Shown here one piece after another: positions 48,524 to 58,373 of a stretch of DNA of 64,000 nt. This DNA is from Woeseiaceae bacterium (GTDB lineage Bacteria > Pseudomonadota > Gammaproteobacteria > Steroidobacterales > Woeseiaceae). The translations under genes and the position numbers were made by a program. The notes beneath the pieces were generated by a model that had not been told where the DNA came from, did not search any database, and worked only from the letters and a program-made list of their open reading frames with translations. The stretch covers positions 1 to 64,000 of the forward strand of contig JANQGQ010000026.1 in assembly GCA_028277185.1 (NCBI GenBank), given 5' to 3'. Position 1 is the first letter of the stretch, and the number at the start of each line of letters is the position of its first letter.

Positions 48524-49669
48524 ATGAGTATGCAAAAACAACTCGAAAGCCGGCGCGGAAGTCCGCGAACCCTGTTCCTCCTGCCGCTCGTGTTTGCGGC
48601 CTGGCCATGGTCGATGGCGGCTGCACAGGGGATCGCGGAAGAGCGGGCACGGGTAGTCCAGCAGATCGGCGATGTGAAGGAAGACGATGTCATCCTCTTC
48701 CCGCTGCGGGCCGACCCCGGGCTCGTATTCAGCCAGCGAGTCGTGGAGCCTGGCGCCCAATTTCTTCGCCTGTTCTTCGAGATCGACCGGCCGGGCGCCG
48801 ATTGGGGTCTCCAGGTGACGCAAGGCGAAGACGTTCTGTGGGAAACCTCCGAAGCAGAGATCGACGGCGATGGATTCTGGTCGCCTCAGTTCGAGGCCGA
48901 GCAACTCGACGTCTCGATCTTCAGCGCGACGAGTAACAATGAGCTGAGGCTGATCCTGAGCCGCGTCGTCGTCGGTTCCAGCAAGGGTACGCCCGAGTCG
49001 ATAATCGAGCCCAACCAGCTTACGTCGATCAATGGCCAGGATGCCTGGATTCTCGAGCTCGGGCGATCGGTGGCACGATTGCGGATTGTCGGCGACTTCG
49101 GCGGTACGTTTACGTGCACCGCGTTTCTCGTCACGCCGGAACTCATGCTCACCAACCAACACTGCATCGCATCGAACGCCGAGGCAATATCGACGAAGGT
49201 AGATTTCGATTTCGACGTGCCGGGCCCGCCGGCCGAAGTCGGCGAACTGGTCGAGCTGCTGGATTCCGACTTCGACCTCGACTACGCCGTCGTGCGTCTG
49301 AGACAGCCCGTCGGCCGAACGCCCCTCGAACTCGACCTCGTGCGTCCCGACGACGACGATCAGCTACTCATCATCCAGCATCCGGGTGGGCAGCCAAAGC
49401 AGATCTCGCTGGCCGACTGCACGGTCGACGGCAAACTCGTCCAGGGCCGGGGTTCGGGGATGACGGACTTCGGCCATCAATGCGACACGCTGGGCGGCAG
49501 TTCGGGTTCGCCCGTGATCGACTTCAGTAAAAGAAAGGTGGTGGGACTCCATCACCTCGGTATCGCGGACGGGTCGAACGATCTGTTCAATCGCGCGGCG
49601 CTAATGGACCTCGTGATGGCCGACATGGAAGACGAGGTCCGCGTCGAGATCGAGAGAGGTCAACCGTAG
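48524..49669 (+). CDS. Secreted trypsin-like (S1) serine protease
   Basis: Signal peptide with His (TNQHCI), Asp (LDYAVVRL) and Ser (GGSSGSPV) motifs. Lies 20 nt downstream of the large S8 gene. Confidence 0.7.
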   Translation: MSMQKQLESRRGSPRTLFLLPLVFAAWPWSMAAAQGIAEERARVVQQIGDVKEDDVILFPLRADPGLVFSQRVVEPGAQFLRLFFEIDRPGADWGLQVTQGEDVLWETSEAEIDGDGFWSPQFEAEQLDVSIFSATSNNELRLILSRVVVGSSKGTPESIIEPNQLTSINGQDAWILELGRSVARLRIVGDFGGTFTCTAFLVTPELMLTNQHCIASNAEAISTKVDFDFDVPGPPAEVGELVELLDSDFDLDYAVVRLRQPVGRTPLELDLVRPDDDDQLLIIQHPGGQPKQISLADCTVDGKLVQGRGSGMTDFGHQCDTLGGSSGSPVIDFSKRKVVGLHHLGIADGSNDLFNRAALMDLVMADMEDEVRVEIERGQP

Positions 49670-49766
49670 CGCACTCACCGGGCGGTACGACCGGAACCCG
49701 AAGCCAGGTTTGCGAAAGCCGAGAATCGGCGGACCGTCCGGTCCGCCGACCTCGCGAGAAACGCGC

Positions 49767-50477
49767 CTAGTCGCGAATATCCAGTCGCGTTTCGACGATC
49801 GCCTGAACCACGTCGCCGTTGCGAATCAGCGTCGCGGAAGCGCCGCGGACCCGTTTCGGCACCGGGTCGAGCGTGTAGACGTCTTTCTCGCCTTCCTGGC
49901 CTGCCCCGAAAATCGCAGCCTGCTTGTCGGCACAGACGTTCGGGCCCTGACCGGTCTCGAGCAGTGGGTCTACGCAGTACGGGTCGAGGAAACCCAGGAT
50001 CTGCGACTCGAGATCCCACCAGACGACATCACCGTGGTCGCGAACGATCAGATGAATCTCCGCATCGGGGTTGTCGAGCGCGCGGCTGAGACCCATCGGA
50101 TCGACGATCGTCTCGGCTCCGAGGCTGAGCTGCGGCGGCGAGCGATAGATCGACGCGACGAGACGGATCTTGCCGAATCGGTTCGTGCGGTCGCCGGTGC
50201 CGTAGACGACGCCAAGGCCGGCGGCGAGGTTCGGCGCGATCAGCGCCGGGTTGGGATCGCCGGCGGCAACCGAGTCGAGGAATGCCTGGCCGAATACGTC
50301 GACCGAGCCGCACTGCTCGGCGCCTCCGGGGTTGAACGTGCAGTTCTCCGGATTGTTGAAGATCACCCACCACAGCGTGACGGCGTTCGGCGAACGCCAG
50401 CCTCGCGCTTCGGCGGTCGGAGCCGTCAGCGCCGCACCGAGCACGCTGAGCAGCAGGATCGCGATCAGTTTTTTCAT
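49767..50477 (-). CDS. Secreted hypothetical protein (236 aa)
   Basis: Signal peptide (MKKLIAILLLSVLGAALTAPTAEA), several Cys, no domain recognised. Confidence 0.45.
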   Translation of the reverse strand: MKKLIAILLLSVLGAALTAPTAEARGWRSPNAVTLWWVIFNNPENCTFNPGGAEQCGSVDVFGQAFLDSVAAGDPNPALIAPNLAAGLGVVYGTGDRTNRFGKIRLVASIYRSPPQLSLGAETIVDPMGLSRALDNPDAEIHLIVRDHGDVVWWDLESQILGFLDPYCVDPLLETGQGPNVCADKQAAIFGAGQEGEKDVYTLDPVPKRVRGASATLIRNGDVVQAIVETRLDIRD

Positions 50478-50782
50478 TTCTGTTACCCCTGATTAGTTAA
50501 GGAATTGACGAAAGAGATTCGGAATACGTCGCGCGGCGTCGCATTCCGCGGCGGAAGTCTAGGGATCGCCGGGCGGGCTTGTTTGACGGTGCCGTGATCA
50601 ATGCCTGACCATTCGCTGACGGCCCGGTGTGGCAGCCGGACCTGTTCCAAGTCGCTGATTTTCAACGCCGAACAAAAGCGTCAGTAAATCGTCAGACATC
50701 GGTCATGCGAGGCGCCCCGAGCCCTGGCAGGATGCGCTCCGCCCGGCAGCAATCCGGCTGCCGGTAATAAGGAGTATCCAAA

Positions 50783-51346
50783 GTGACCAACACAGCAAGC
50801 GCGGTCGACAATGGGGTCAACGTAGAGGCGCTGCTCGATGCACGCGAGGTCCTGACCGACGCGCCCGATGCCGCGAGATTCGTCTGGCGCGCCGAAAGCG
50901 AGTGGAAGGGCGGCACGCACGCCGAGTCGCGGGTCGAAAAGTTCTTCGGCCTCGGCGAGGAGCAGCGGCACGTCCGCGAGTTCAGCTACGACACCGACCA
51001 CCCCGAGATATTCGCCTCGGAAGATAAGGGTTCGACGCCTGTCGAGTTCGTCCTGGTCGGGCTGGCCGGCTGTTTGACCGCGGGCATCGCCGCCGTCGCG
51101 TCCAACCGGGGTATTCAGCTCAACTCGGTTGCGGCGATGATCGAGGCCGACATGAACATCCAGGGCATCCTCGGTATCGACGCCGACGTCCGCAACGGCT
51201 TCAACAGCATTACCGTCAACTATCAGATCGACGCCGATGCTTCGGAAGAAGACATCGCGGCGCTGGTCGCCCAGTCGCAAAAGCGTTCCGCGGTGTTCGA
51301 CATCATCGCGAACCCGACGAACGTCAACGTATGGGTCAATCTGTGA
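50783..51346 (+). CDS. OsmC/Ohr-family peroxiredoxin-like protein
   Basis: OsmC-fold signature with the two conserved Cys (…LAGCLTAG…). Confidence 0.75.
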   Translation: MTNTASAVDNGVNVEALLDAREVLTDAPDAARFVWRAESEWKGGTHAESRVEKFFGLGEEQRHVREFSYDTDHPEIFASEDKGSTPVEFVLVGLAGCLTAGIAAVASNRGIQLNSVAAMIEADMNIQGILGIDADVRNGFNSITVNYQIDADASEEDIAALVAQSQKRSAVFDIIANPTNVNVWVNL

Positions 51347-52644
51347 CACGGTCTGCCGGCGCCATTGACGTCGTTGTCATTGGCGCCGGACACGCCGGTC
51401 TGGCGGTCAGCTACCTGCTCGGCAAGCGCGGCGTCGATCACGTCGTGCTGGAGCGAGGCGAGATCGCGAACTCCTGGCGCTACGAGCGCAGGGATTCTCT
51501 TCGACTGCTCACGCCGAACTGGCAGACGCGGCTGCCCGGCCGTGCCTACGACGGCGACGATCCTGACGGCTTTATGACGGTGCCCGAGCTGATCCGCTTC
51601 ATCGACGACTATGCGGCGGCAAACGGCGCACCGGTCCGTACCGATACGACCGTCACCTCGATACGGCGCGAAAACGGACGCTACCGCGTAACGAGCAATC
51701 GTGACTGCTGGACGGCGAGAGCCGTCGTGTTGGCGACCGGCGCGTTCAATCTTGCGTCCGTACCGCCGGTCGCACGAGACTTGCCGGCCGGAGTTCGCCA
51801 GCTCACGCCCTTCGACTATCGCTCGCCCGAGTGCGTGCCCCGGGGCGGTGTGCTCGTCGTCGGAGCGTCCGCAAGCGGCCTGCAGTTGGCAGAGGAACTG
51901 CTGCAGGCGGGGCGGCAGGTCACGCTTGCCGCCGGCGAGCACGTTCGCATGCCGCGGCGCTACCGCGGCCGTGACATTTTCTATTGGCTTTCGCGGACCG
52001 GAATCCACGACGAGCGCTACGACGAGATCGACGACGTTCAGCGCGGACGCCGCTTGCCGGCGCCGCAGCTTATCGGTTCGCATCGACTGCCGATTCTGGA
52101 TCTGAACCACGTAAGTGGGCTCGGAGCCCGGATCGCCGGCCGGCTCATGAGCGTGCAGGGCGGTCGACTGCTGTTTTCCGGGTCGCTCAGAAACGTGTGT
52201 TCGCTGGCCGATCTCAAGATGCAGCGGCTCCTCAAAAAAATCGACGGCACGGCAGATGCCGAAGGCGCACCAGCGGCCGGGCAATACGAGCCCACGCGTG
52301 TCGACGAGACACCGACGCTGACAATGGACGTTCAGCGTGACGACATACAGAGCGTCATCTGGGCGACGGGATACCGGCCCGACTACCGCTGGCTCGACGT
52401 GCCGGTGTTGGACCGCAAAGGCCGCCTCCGCCACGACGGCGGCATCGTCGACTCACCAGGGCTGTATGCGCTCGGTCTGCCCTTCATGCGTCGGCGCAAG
52501 TCGAGCTTCATTTTCGGCATCGAAGACGATGCCCGCGATATCGCCGATCACCTGGTCGGTTACCTGCATTCCAGTTCACGGGGCAAGGCCAATGGCATTT
52601 ATACGGACGATCCCACCGCACGAAGCTACCGGCGTAGTGCATGA
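51331..52644 (+). CDS. FAD/NAD(P)-binding flavoprotein oxidoreductase (flavin monooxygenase-like)
   Basis: Two dinucleotide-binding motifs (VVIGAGHAGLAVSY and VLVVGASASGLQLAEEL). Confidence 0.65.
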   Translation: MGQSVTRSAGAIDVVVIGAGHAGLAVSYLLGKRGVDHVVLERGEIANSWRYERRDSLRLLTPNWQTRLPGRAYDGDDPDGFMTVPELIRFIDDYAAANGAPVRTDTTVTSIRRENGRYRVTSNRDCWTARAVVLATGAFNLASVPPVARDLPAGVRQLTPFDYRSPECVPRGGVLVVGASASGLQLAEELLQAGRQVTLAAGEHVRMPRRYRGRDIFYWLSRTGIHDERYDEIDDVQRGRRLPAPQLIGSHRLPILDLNHVSGLGARIAGRLMSVQGGRLLFSGSLRNVCSLADLKMQRLLKKIDGTADAEGAPAAGQYEPTRVDETPTLTMDVQRDDIQSVIWATGYRPDYRWLDVPVLDRKGRLRHDGGIVDSPGLYALGLPFMRRRKSSFIFGIEDDARDIADHLVGYLHSSSRGKANGIYTDDPTARSYRRSA

Positions 52645-53233
52645 CATGTACGCGCGCCAGGAAGATCATTGGGGCTACGTACCGAATTACGCGAAGGCAT
52701 TCAGTCACCGGCCGGAGGTTCTGGCGCGCTGGGGCCGCCTGCTTGCAGAGCTTCGGCGGCCCGCCGACGACCGCCGCTTCGAGCTCGTGACGTTCGCGGC
52801 CGCTCTGGCCTTGCGCCACAGCGCCTGTACGCTGGCGCACGGGCAGAAACTGGTGACGCTCATCGGCCGCGATGCCGTGCTGGCTATCGCGGCGGGCAGA
52901 GAAACCGACGTGCTGACGGCCGCGGAGGTTGCAATGCTGCGCTTCGCGCGCGCTGTCGCGCTCGACGCAGCCGGGATCGAAGCCGAAACCGTCGCGGCCC
53001 TGATCCGGGATCATGGTTTCTCCGACGAGGAGGTCTTCGATATTGCGGCGATCGCGGCCGGGCGCAGCTTCTTCACCAAACTGCTCGATGCGCTCGGGGT
53101 CGAGCCGGATGCGGCGTTCATGGCCATTGACGACGAGCTGCGTCGAACGCTGACAACAGGCCGCCCTATCAGCTGCGAGGCGGCCGAGTACACGCGCGCG
53201 GACGAGGCGCTCGAGCCGGGAATGGGGGGTTAA
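52592..53233 (+). CDS. Carboxymuconolactone-decarboxylase (CMD/AhpD-like) family peroxidase-related protein
   Basis: N-terminus MAFIRTIPPHEATG is typical of CMD-family proteins, but this start overlaps the upstream gene by 53 nt. An alternative start at 52646 lies just after that stop. Confidence 0.6.
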   Translation: MAFIRTIPPHEATGVVHDMYARQEDHWGYVPNYAKAFSHRPEVLARWGRLLAELRRPADDRRFELVTFAAALALRHSACTLAHGQKLVTLIGRDAVLAIAAGRETDVLTAAEVAMLRFARAVALDAAGIEAETVAALIRDHGFSDEEVFDIAAIAAGRSFFTKLLDALGVEPDAAFMAIDDELRRTLTTGRPISCEAAEYTRADEALEPGMGG

Positions 53234-53237
53234 CGCG

Positions 53238-54716
53238 ATGATCTATTCGAGCATCCTCGAAACCGTTGGCAATACACCGCTGGTCAGGCTGGAGCGGCTC
53301 GCGCCGCCAGGGGTGAACGTCTGGGTCAAGATCGAAGCCTTCAATCCGATGGGTTCGGTCAAAGACCGGATTGCACTGGCAATGATCGAGCACGCCGAAC
53401 AGACCGGCGAGCTGAGTCCGGGTCAGACCGTCATCGAGGCCACGTCCGGTAACACGGGTATCGGCCTCGCGATGGTCTGCGCCCGCAAAGGCTACCCGCT
53501 GGTCGTCACGATGGCGGAGAGCTTCAGCATCGAACGCCGCAAACTGCTGCGCTATCTCGGCGCCAAAGTCGTACTGACTCCCGCCGCGGAGAAAGGTACC
53601 GGCATGATGAAAAAGGCCGAGGAACTCGCGGAGCGTCACGGCTACTACATGCCGCGGCAGTTCGAGAATGCAGAGAATGCCAACGTCCACTATCGGATGA
53701 CGGCCCGCGAAATCCTCGCCGATCTCGGCGAACGGTCGATGTATGCCTGGGTCACGGGCTCCGGCACCGGCGGAACGCTGCTCGGCGTCGGCCGGGCCCT
53801 GCGCGAGGCGAGTCCCGGGACGCGCATCGTAGTCGCCGAGCCCGATAACGCACCGGTGCTCGGCAGCGGCGTTGCCCAGACCAGGGACGAGCGCGGCCGG
53901 CCGGCCGGCAGCCATCCGCACTTCCGGCCGCACCTCATGCAGGGTTGGACGCCCGACTTCGTCTCGGACCTGACCCAGGGCGCGGTCGATGCGGCGTTGA
54001 TTGACGAAGTCGTGCCCGTCAACGGCGACACGGCCATGACGCTCAGCCGGGACCTTGCCCGGCGCGAGGGCATCTTCGCAGGAACTTCGGCCGGCGCCAC
54101 GCTGGCGGCCGCGCTCGACGTCGCAGAGAGTGCCCCCGAGGACGCACACATCGTCGCGATGCTGCCCGATACCGGGGAACGCTACCTGTCGACGCCGCTG
54201 TTCGGCGACATCGGCGAGGATATGGACGAGGAAGAGACCGCGCTTTCCGAGTCGACACCAGGCTACCGCTTTGACGGTCAGGCGTCGCCGGCGCCCGCGC
54301 CCGAAGCTCCGGCCGCGGACCCCAGCGCCACGGCGTTCGTCGAGTCGGTAGTTCGTGACGAGCCCGTCGTGATGTTCGCACTCGAGTGGTGCGAGTTCTG
54401 CTGGTCGCTGCGTAAGTTTTTCGACGCGCTTGGCGTGCGCTATCGCAGCATCGACCTGGATTCGGTCGAGTATCAGGAGGATGAGCGCGGCGTCGCGATC
54501 CGCCAGGCGCTTGGCAAAAGGGTGGGGTCGCCGACGATACCGCAGGTGTTCGTTGCCGGCGAGCACGTCGGCGGCTGCACGGATGTCATAGAAGCCTATG
54601 AGGACGGCGCGTTGCCCGATCGGTTTGGCGCGGCGGACATTGCATACGACGAGGAAGCGTCCATCGATGCATGGTCGCTCATGCCGCAGTGGGTGCATCC
54701 GCGCAAGACGGGCTGA
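53238..54716 (+). CDS. Cysteine synthase (CysK/CysM-type PLP enzyme) fused to a C-terminal glutaredoxin-like domain
   Basis: N-terminal PLP-lysine region (…FNPMGSVKDRIAL…) and GTGGT loop. The C-terminal 90 aa carry a CxxC (WCEFCW) in a thioredoxin-fold context. Confidence 0.75.
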   Translation: MIYSSILETVGNTPLVRLERLAPPGVNVWVKIEAFNPMGSVKDRIALAMIEHAEQTGELSPGQTVIEATSGNTGIGLAMVCARKGYPLVVTMAESFSIERRKLLRYLGAKVVLTPAAEKGTGMMKKAEELAERHGYYMPRQFENAENANVHYRMTAREILADLGERSMYAWVTGSGTGGTLLGVGRALREASPGTRIVVAEPDNAPVLGSGVAQTRDERGRPAGSHPHFRPHLMQGWTPDFVSDLTQGAVDAALIDEVVPVNGDTAMTLSRDLARREGIFAGTSAGATLAAALDVAESAPEDAHIVAMLPDTGERYLSTPLFGDIGEDMDEEETALSESTPGYRFDGQASPAPAPEAPAADPSATAFVESVVRDEPVVMFALEWCEFCWSLRKFFDALGVRYRSIDLDSVEYQEDERGVAIRQALGKRVGSPTIPQVFVAGEHVGGCTDVIEAYEDGALPDRFGAADIAYDEEASIDAWSLMPQWVHPRKTG

Positions 54717-54839
54717 GCCAGCCGACAATCCCGTTCCGGCTTCCGCGGTGCCCGAGTTCATAGGCGCCCACGCGCAAAAGGTTCGAGGTGGCTTCCCGAC
54801 CCAAGGGACAGAAAGGGCCGGGAAGCCGGTCTGCAGCCC

Positions 54840-55499
54840 CTAGCGAGGCTGCCCGACGAACCGCAGATAAGGTTTGGGGGCCCGCCATCCCTGCGGGAAA
54901 CGCTTCGCCGCTTCCTCGTCACTGAGCGCCGGCACGATGATGACATCGTTTCCGGAGCGCCAGTTCGCCGGCGTCGCGACCTGGTAGTCTGCGGTCAGTT
55001 GGCAGGACTTGAGCAGACGCAGAACTTCGTCGAAGTTCCTTCCGCTGCTCATCGGGTACTGGAGCATCGCCTTGATGCGCTTGTCCGGCCCGATCAGAAA
55101 CACGGAGCGCACGGTCTGGTTGTCGACGGCCGTTCGCCCGGTCGCCGACGCGCCGGCGTCGTCGGGCAACATGTCGTAGAGCTTTGCAACCGCGAGATCG
55201 CTGTCGGCGATCAGGGGGAACTCTACCGCGTGCCCCTGCGTTTCCTCGATATCGCCGAGCCATGCGAGGTGGTCGTCAACGCTGTCGACGCTCAGCCCGA
55301 TGATCTTGCAGTCCAGGGATGCAAAGCGGGCTTCGATCGCGGCCAGAGCGCCGAGTTCGGTCGTGCAGACCGGCGTGAAGTCCTTCGGGTGCGAAAAGAG
55401 CAGGGCCCAGCCGTCGCCGATCCAGTCGTGGAAGCGGATGGTGCCCTGCGTGGTCTCGGCCGTGAAGTCGGGCGCAAGCGAGTTGATTCTCAATGACAC
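54840..55499 (-). CDS. 1-Cys peroxiredoxin (Prx6-like, AhpC/TSA family)
   Basis: FTPVCTTE peroxidatic-Cys motif near the N-terminus. Confidence 0.8.
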   Translation of the reverse strand: MSLRINSLAPDFTAETTQGTIRFHDWIGDGWALLFSHPKDFTPVCTTELGALAAIEARFASLDCKIIGLSVDSVDDHLAWLGDIEETQGHAVEFPLIADSDLAVAKLYDMLPDDAGASATGRTAVDNQTVRSVFLIGPDKRIKAMLQYPMSSGRNFDEVLRLLKSCQLTADYQVATPANWRSGNDVIIVPALSDEEAAKRFPQGWRAPKPYLRFVGQPR

Positions 55500-55697
55500 T
55501 TCGATAGTCCTCTCTGAAGATATTTCGAGGCCTATTCTGTGCGCGGTCCGTCGGCCGGTCCTGACGGACCCTTGACGATACCCTGACGATATCGTGAATC
55601 GGCCACATCGCGCGAAACAGCCGGCTGGACGAACCGCGGTCGATCGCCGATAGTGGGTTCGTCCGCGTCGAGCGGGATGCAGCGGAGCAGACTAAAC

Positions 55698-56465
55698 ATG
55701 ATCTGTATTGTCCTCTTTATGTCAGCCGCGGCCGGGCCGCCGGCCGTCGAACCGCCCGATACCCTCAGCGCAACCGAAATCATCACACGAGCCTATGAGC
55801 ACGCCGGCGGCGATGCGTGGGTCAACCCAAAATCGCTGCTGATGGAGGGCTATGGACTGTTCTGGCAGGGTGGCGAAAGGTTCGTGCGCTACGAGCCGTA
55901 TCGCATGTGGCGCGTGTACCCCGCAAGCAAGCAGGCCGCGCACGCAGCCGACGGCCGCGTACGTATCGAGGCGTTCAGGGAAGACGAGCCGGTGTTCCAG
56001 CTCTCGTTCGACGGCACGCATACCTACAACCAGGACGGGCGCCTCGAGGACAGCGCCGACTCGGAGCGCTGGTCGTCGAACTTCGGTTTCGGCGTAATCC
56101 GGCATGCGCTCGACGACGGTTACCGTGTCAGCCGCCTGCCCGACGACTACGTCGACGGGGCGTCAGCCTACGCAATACGGGTAACCGATCCGCAGGGAGG
56201 CGAGACCTTGTTCAGGGTTCGTCAGAGCGATTTCGCTATCGTGAGCGTCGGCTTCGCAACGCCGCGCGGTTGGCACGAGCGCATCTACTCGGATTTCTAC
56301 CGCAACGAGGAAGGCGGCTGGCTGCAGCCCGGCCGGGTTCGCCTCTACTATGACGGCGTCAAAGCCAATGAGATCTACTGGACGCGGTTCGTGACCGGTG
56401 AGAGCTATCCGCCAGAGCTGTTTCAGCTCGGTCGCGAGGAAAGTGCCGGCGGCCGGCTACAGTAG
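55698..56465 (+). CDS. Secreted hypothetical protein
   Basis: Signal peptide from the internal ATG at 55698 (MICIVLFMSAAAGPPAV). Confidence 0.4.
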   Translation: MICIVLFMSAAAGPPAVEPPDTLSATEIITRAYEHAGGDAWVNPKSLLMEGYGLFWQGGERFVRYEPYRMWRVYPASKQAAHAADGRVRIEAFREDEPVFQLSFDGTHTYNQDGRLEDSADSERWSSNFGFGVIRHALDDGYRVSRLPDDYVDGASAYAIRVTDPQGGETLFRVRQSDFAIVSVGFATPRGWHERIYSDFYRNEEGGWLQPGRVRLYYDGVKANEIYWTRFVTGESYPPELFQLGREESAGGRLQ

Positions 56466-57281
56466 CTGCGCCGCCTGCTTCAGCCGTTCGACGTTCTTCT
56501 TGTAGCTGCGGCTGAGCTTGAGTTCCCGGTCGCAGTCCAGCTTAAGAAAGTATTCGCCGTTGCTGTGCGAGCGCATGGACCGGACGCGCTCGGCATTGAC
56601 GATCGTGGAGCGATGTACCCGCACGAAGCGTTGCGGGTCCAGAAGCTCTTCGAGCTTTTTCATCGTGCCGCGGACGACGTGGGTCTGCTCGGGCATGTGC
56701 ACGCACAGATAGTCCCCGGCCGCATCGATCCACTGAATGTCGGCGACGTCCACCCGGACGATGTCCTTACCGTCACGAATCGCAATCCGCTGCGGCTTCG
56801 ATCGTAGCGACTGAGACTGCTCGTCGAGAGCCTGTTCGAGCGTCAGCTCTTCGCCGGTCAGGTCGCAGATCAGTTTGAGCAGCCGCTCGCGGTGCTGCTT
56901 TGCCGCATGCGTGTCGAGTTGGACCCTTGCCTTGTCGAGCGCGGTGCGGAGCCGCGGTTCGTCGATGGGTTTCAACAGGTAGTCGAGCGCATTGGCCTCG
57001 AAGGCGCGGACGGCGTATTCGGCATAGGCCGTGACAAAGATGACGACCGGCATGTCCGGGCCGGCCATGCGCCTGAGCACTTCGAAGCCGTCCATGCCGG
57101 GCATCTGGATGTCGAGGAAGACGAGGTCCGGCTTGTGCTCAGCGACGTGCCGCAGCGCCTCGCGGCCATTCTCGCTATGGCCGCATACCTCGAAGTCCCA
57201 TGCTTCCGCGAGCCGGATTTCGAGCCCCCGGCGCGCGAGCGCCTCGTCGTCTACGATCAGGATGCGGTGTTTACGCTTCAC
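56457..57281 (-). CDS. LytTR-family two-component response regulator
   Basis: CheY-like receiver (ILIVDDE…DLVFLDIQMPGMDG) plus a C-terminal LytTR DNA-binding domain. Confidence 0.8.
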   Translation of the reverse strand: MKRKHRILIVDDEALARRGLEIRLAEAWDFEVCGHSENGREALRHVAEHKPDLVFLDIQMPGMDGFEVLRRMAGPDMPVVIFVTAYAEYAVRAFEANALDYLLKPIDEPRLRTALDKARVQLDTHAAKQHRERLLKLICDLTGEELTLEQALDEQSQSLRSKPQRIAIRDGKDIVRVDVADIQWIDAAGDYLCVHMPEQTHVVRGTMKKLEELLDPQRFVRVHRSTIVNAERVRSMRSHSNGEYFLKLDCDRELKLSRSYKKNVERLKQAAQLL

Positions 57282-58335
57282 GGGTCTCGTAGGGCAGGTT
57301 GATCGTAATGACGAGCCCGTGCGGCGTGTTCGGCGCCAGCGTCAATGCCTGCTGCTCGCCATAGAGCTGCTTCAGGCGTTCGCGCGTGTTCTTCAGTCCG
57401 ACGCCCGAAGACTTCTTGCCGCTGTCCCCGTTGCCGAGGCCGGGTCCGTCGTCGGCTACCGTAATCATCAGAGCGCCCTGATGCACCTTCGCGGCGATCA
57501 TGATGCTGCCGCCTTCCTCGCGCGGCGTGACCGCATACTTGACGGCGTTCTCGATCAGCGGTTGCAGGATCAGGCTTGGCACGAGACCGTCGAGCGCGCG
57601 GGTTTCGATCTCGCGCTGCACTGTGAGCCGTTCGTTGAAGCGGACCTTCTCGATCTCCAGATACAGGTCGAGCGCCTCGAGCTCCTGTCGCAGCGTGACG
57701 CGTTTCATCGGATCGTTGTCGAGCGAATACCTCAGGAAATCGCTCAGCCGGGTGACCGCAAGATTCGCGGTCTCGTTGTCGCGGTCGAGGATCAGCGTCG
57801 AGATGGCGTTCAGCGTGTTGAACAGGAAGTGCGGGTTGAGCTGATAGCGCAGCGCCATGAGCTGCGCCTGATGAGCGGCCGCCGTTGCCTTCAGGGTCTG
57901 CTCAGTCTGCTGCTGCAGCTCGCGATGGTATCTGATACCGAAGTACAGGCCGCTCCAGCAGAGAACGATGTAGAAGGAACCCATCACACCGTCGATGTAG
58001 TCGAAGAAGTGAATCGGTTGCCAGCCGTGCTTCACCCACTCCCAGTACAGCTCGTTGTGAATCGATCGCCACACCGCCGCGACCACGTAGCTGATCAACA
58101 CGACGCCCGCCGCAATCTTCCACGGCGATTGCGCCCACAGCCGGCGGTATGCATAGCGCATCGGAATCGTAAACAGGAAACCCAGCGCACCGGCAGCGAG
58201 ACTCACCGCGACGAAGCTGTCCGGTTTCTCGTGCGCGAGAGCGCCAAGGTACGCAGCCACCGTGTAGCCTCCCCAACCCATCGCGTTGAGAATCCAGAAG
58301 AGTCGTTCGCGACTCCTGAAAAGCTCGTTCAACAT
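57271..58335 (-). CDS. Sensor histidine kinase (LytS/YehU-type)
   Basis: 5-6 TM helices, His_kinase region (QLNPHFLFNTLNAISTLI) and an HATPase domain. Confidence 0.75.
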   Translation of the reverse strand: MLNELFRSRERLFWILNAMGWGGYTVAAYLGALAHEKPDSFVAVSLAAGALGFLFTIPMRYAYRRLWAQSPWKIAAGVVLISYVVAAVWRSIHNELYWEWVKHGWQPIHFFDYIDGVMGSFYIVLCWSGLYFGIRYHRELQQQTEQTLKATAAAHQAQLMALRYQLNPHFLFNTLNAISTLILDRDNETANLAVTRLSDFLRYSLDNDPMKRVTLRQELEALDLYLEIEKVRFNERLTVQREIETRALDGLVPSLILQPLIENAVKYAVTPREEGGSIMIAAKVHQGALMITVADDGPGLGNGDSGKKSSGVGLKNTRERLKQLYGEQQALTLAPNTPHGLVITINLPYETREA

Positions 58336-58373
58336 GCGTTCGTGCGGTGCCCCCGGCCGTCGTGGGTTACAGT

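Noticed and set aside
45861-48650. 929-aa minus-strand ORF
   Set aside because: Antisense to the large S8 subtilase, which has its catalytic motifs on the plus strand; no motifs on the minus frame.
53169-54761. 530-aa minus-strand ORF
   Set aside because: Antisense to the CysK-Grx gene, which has a PLP-lysine motif on the plus strand.
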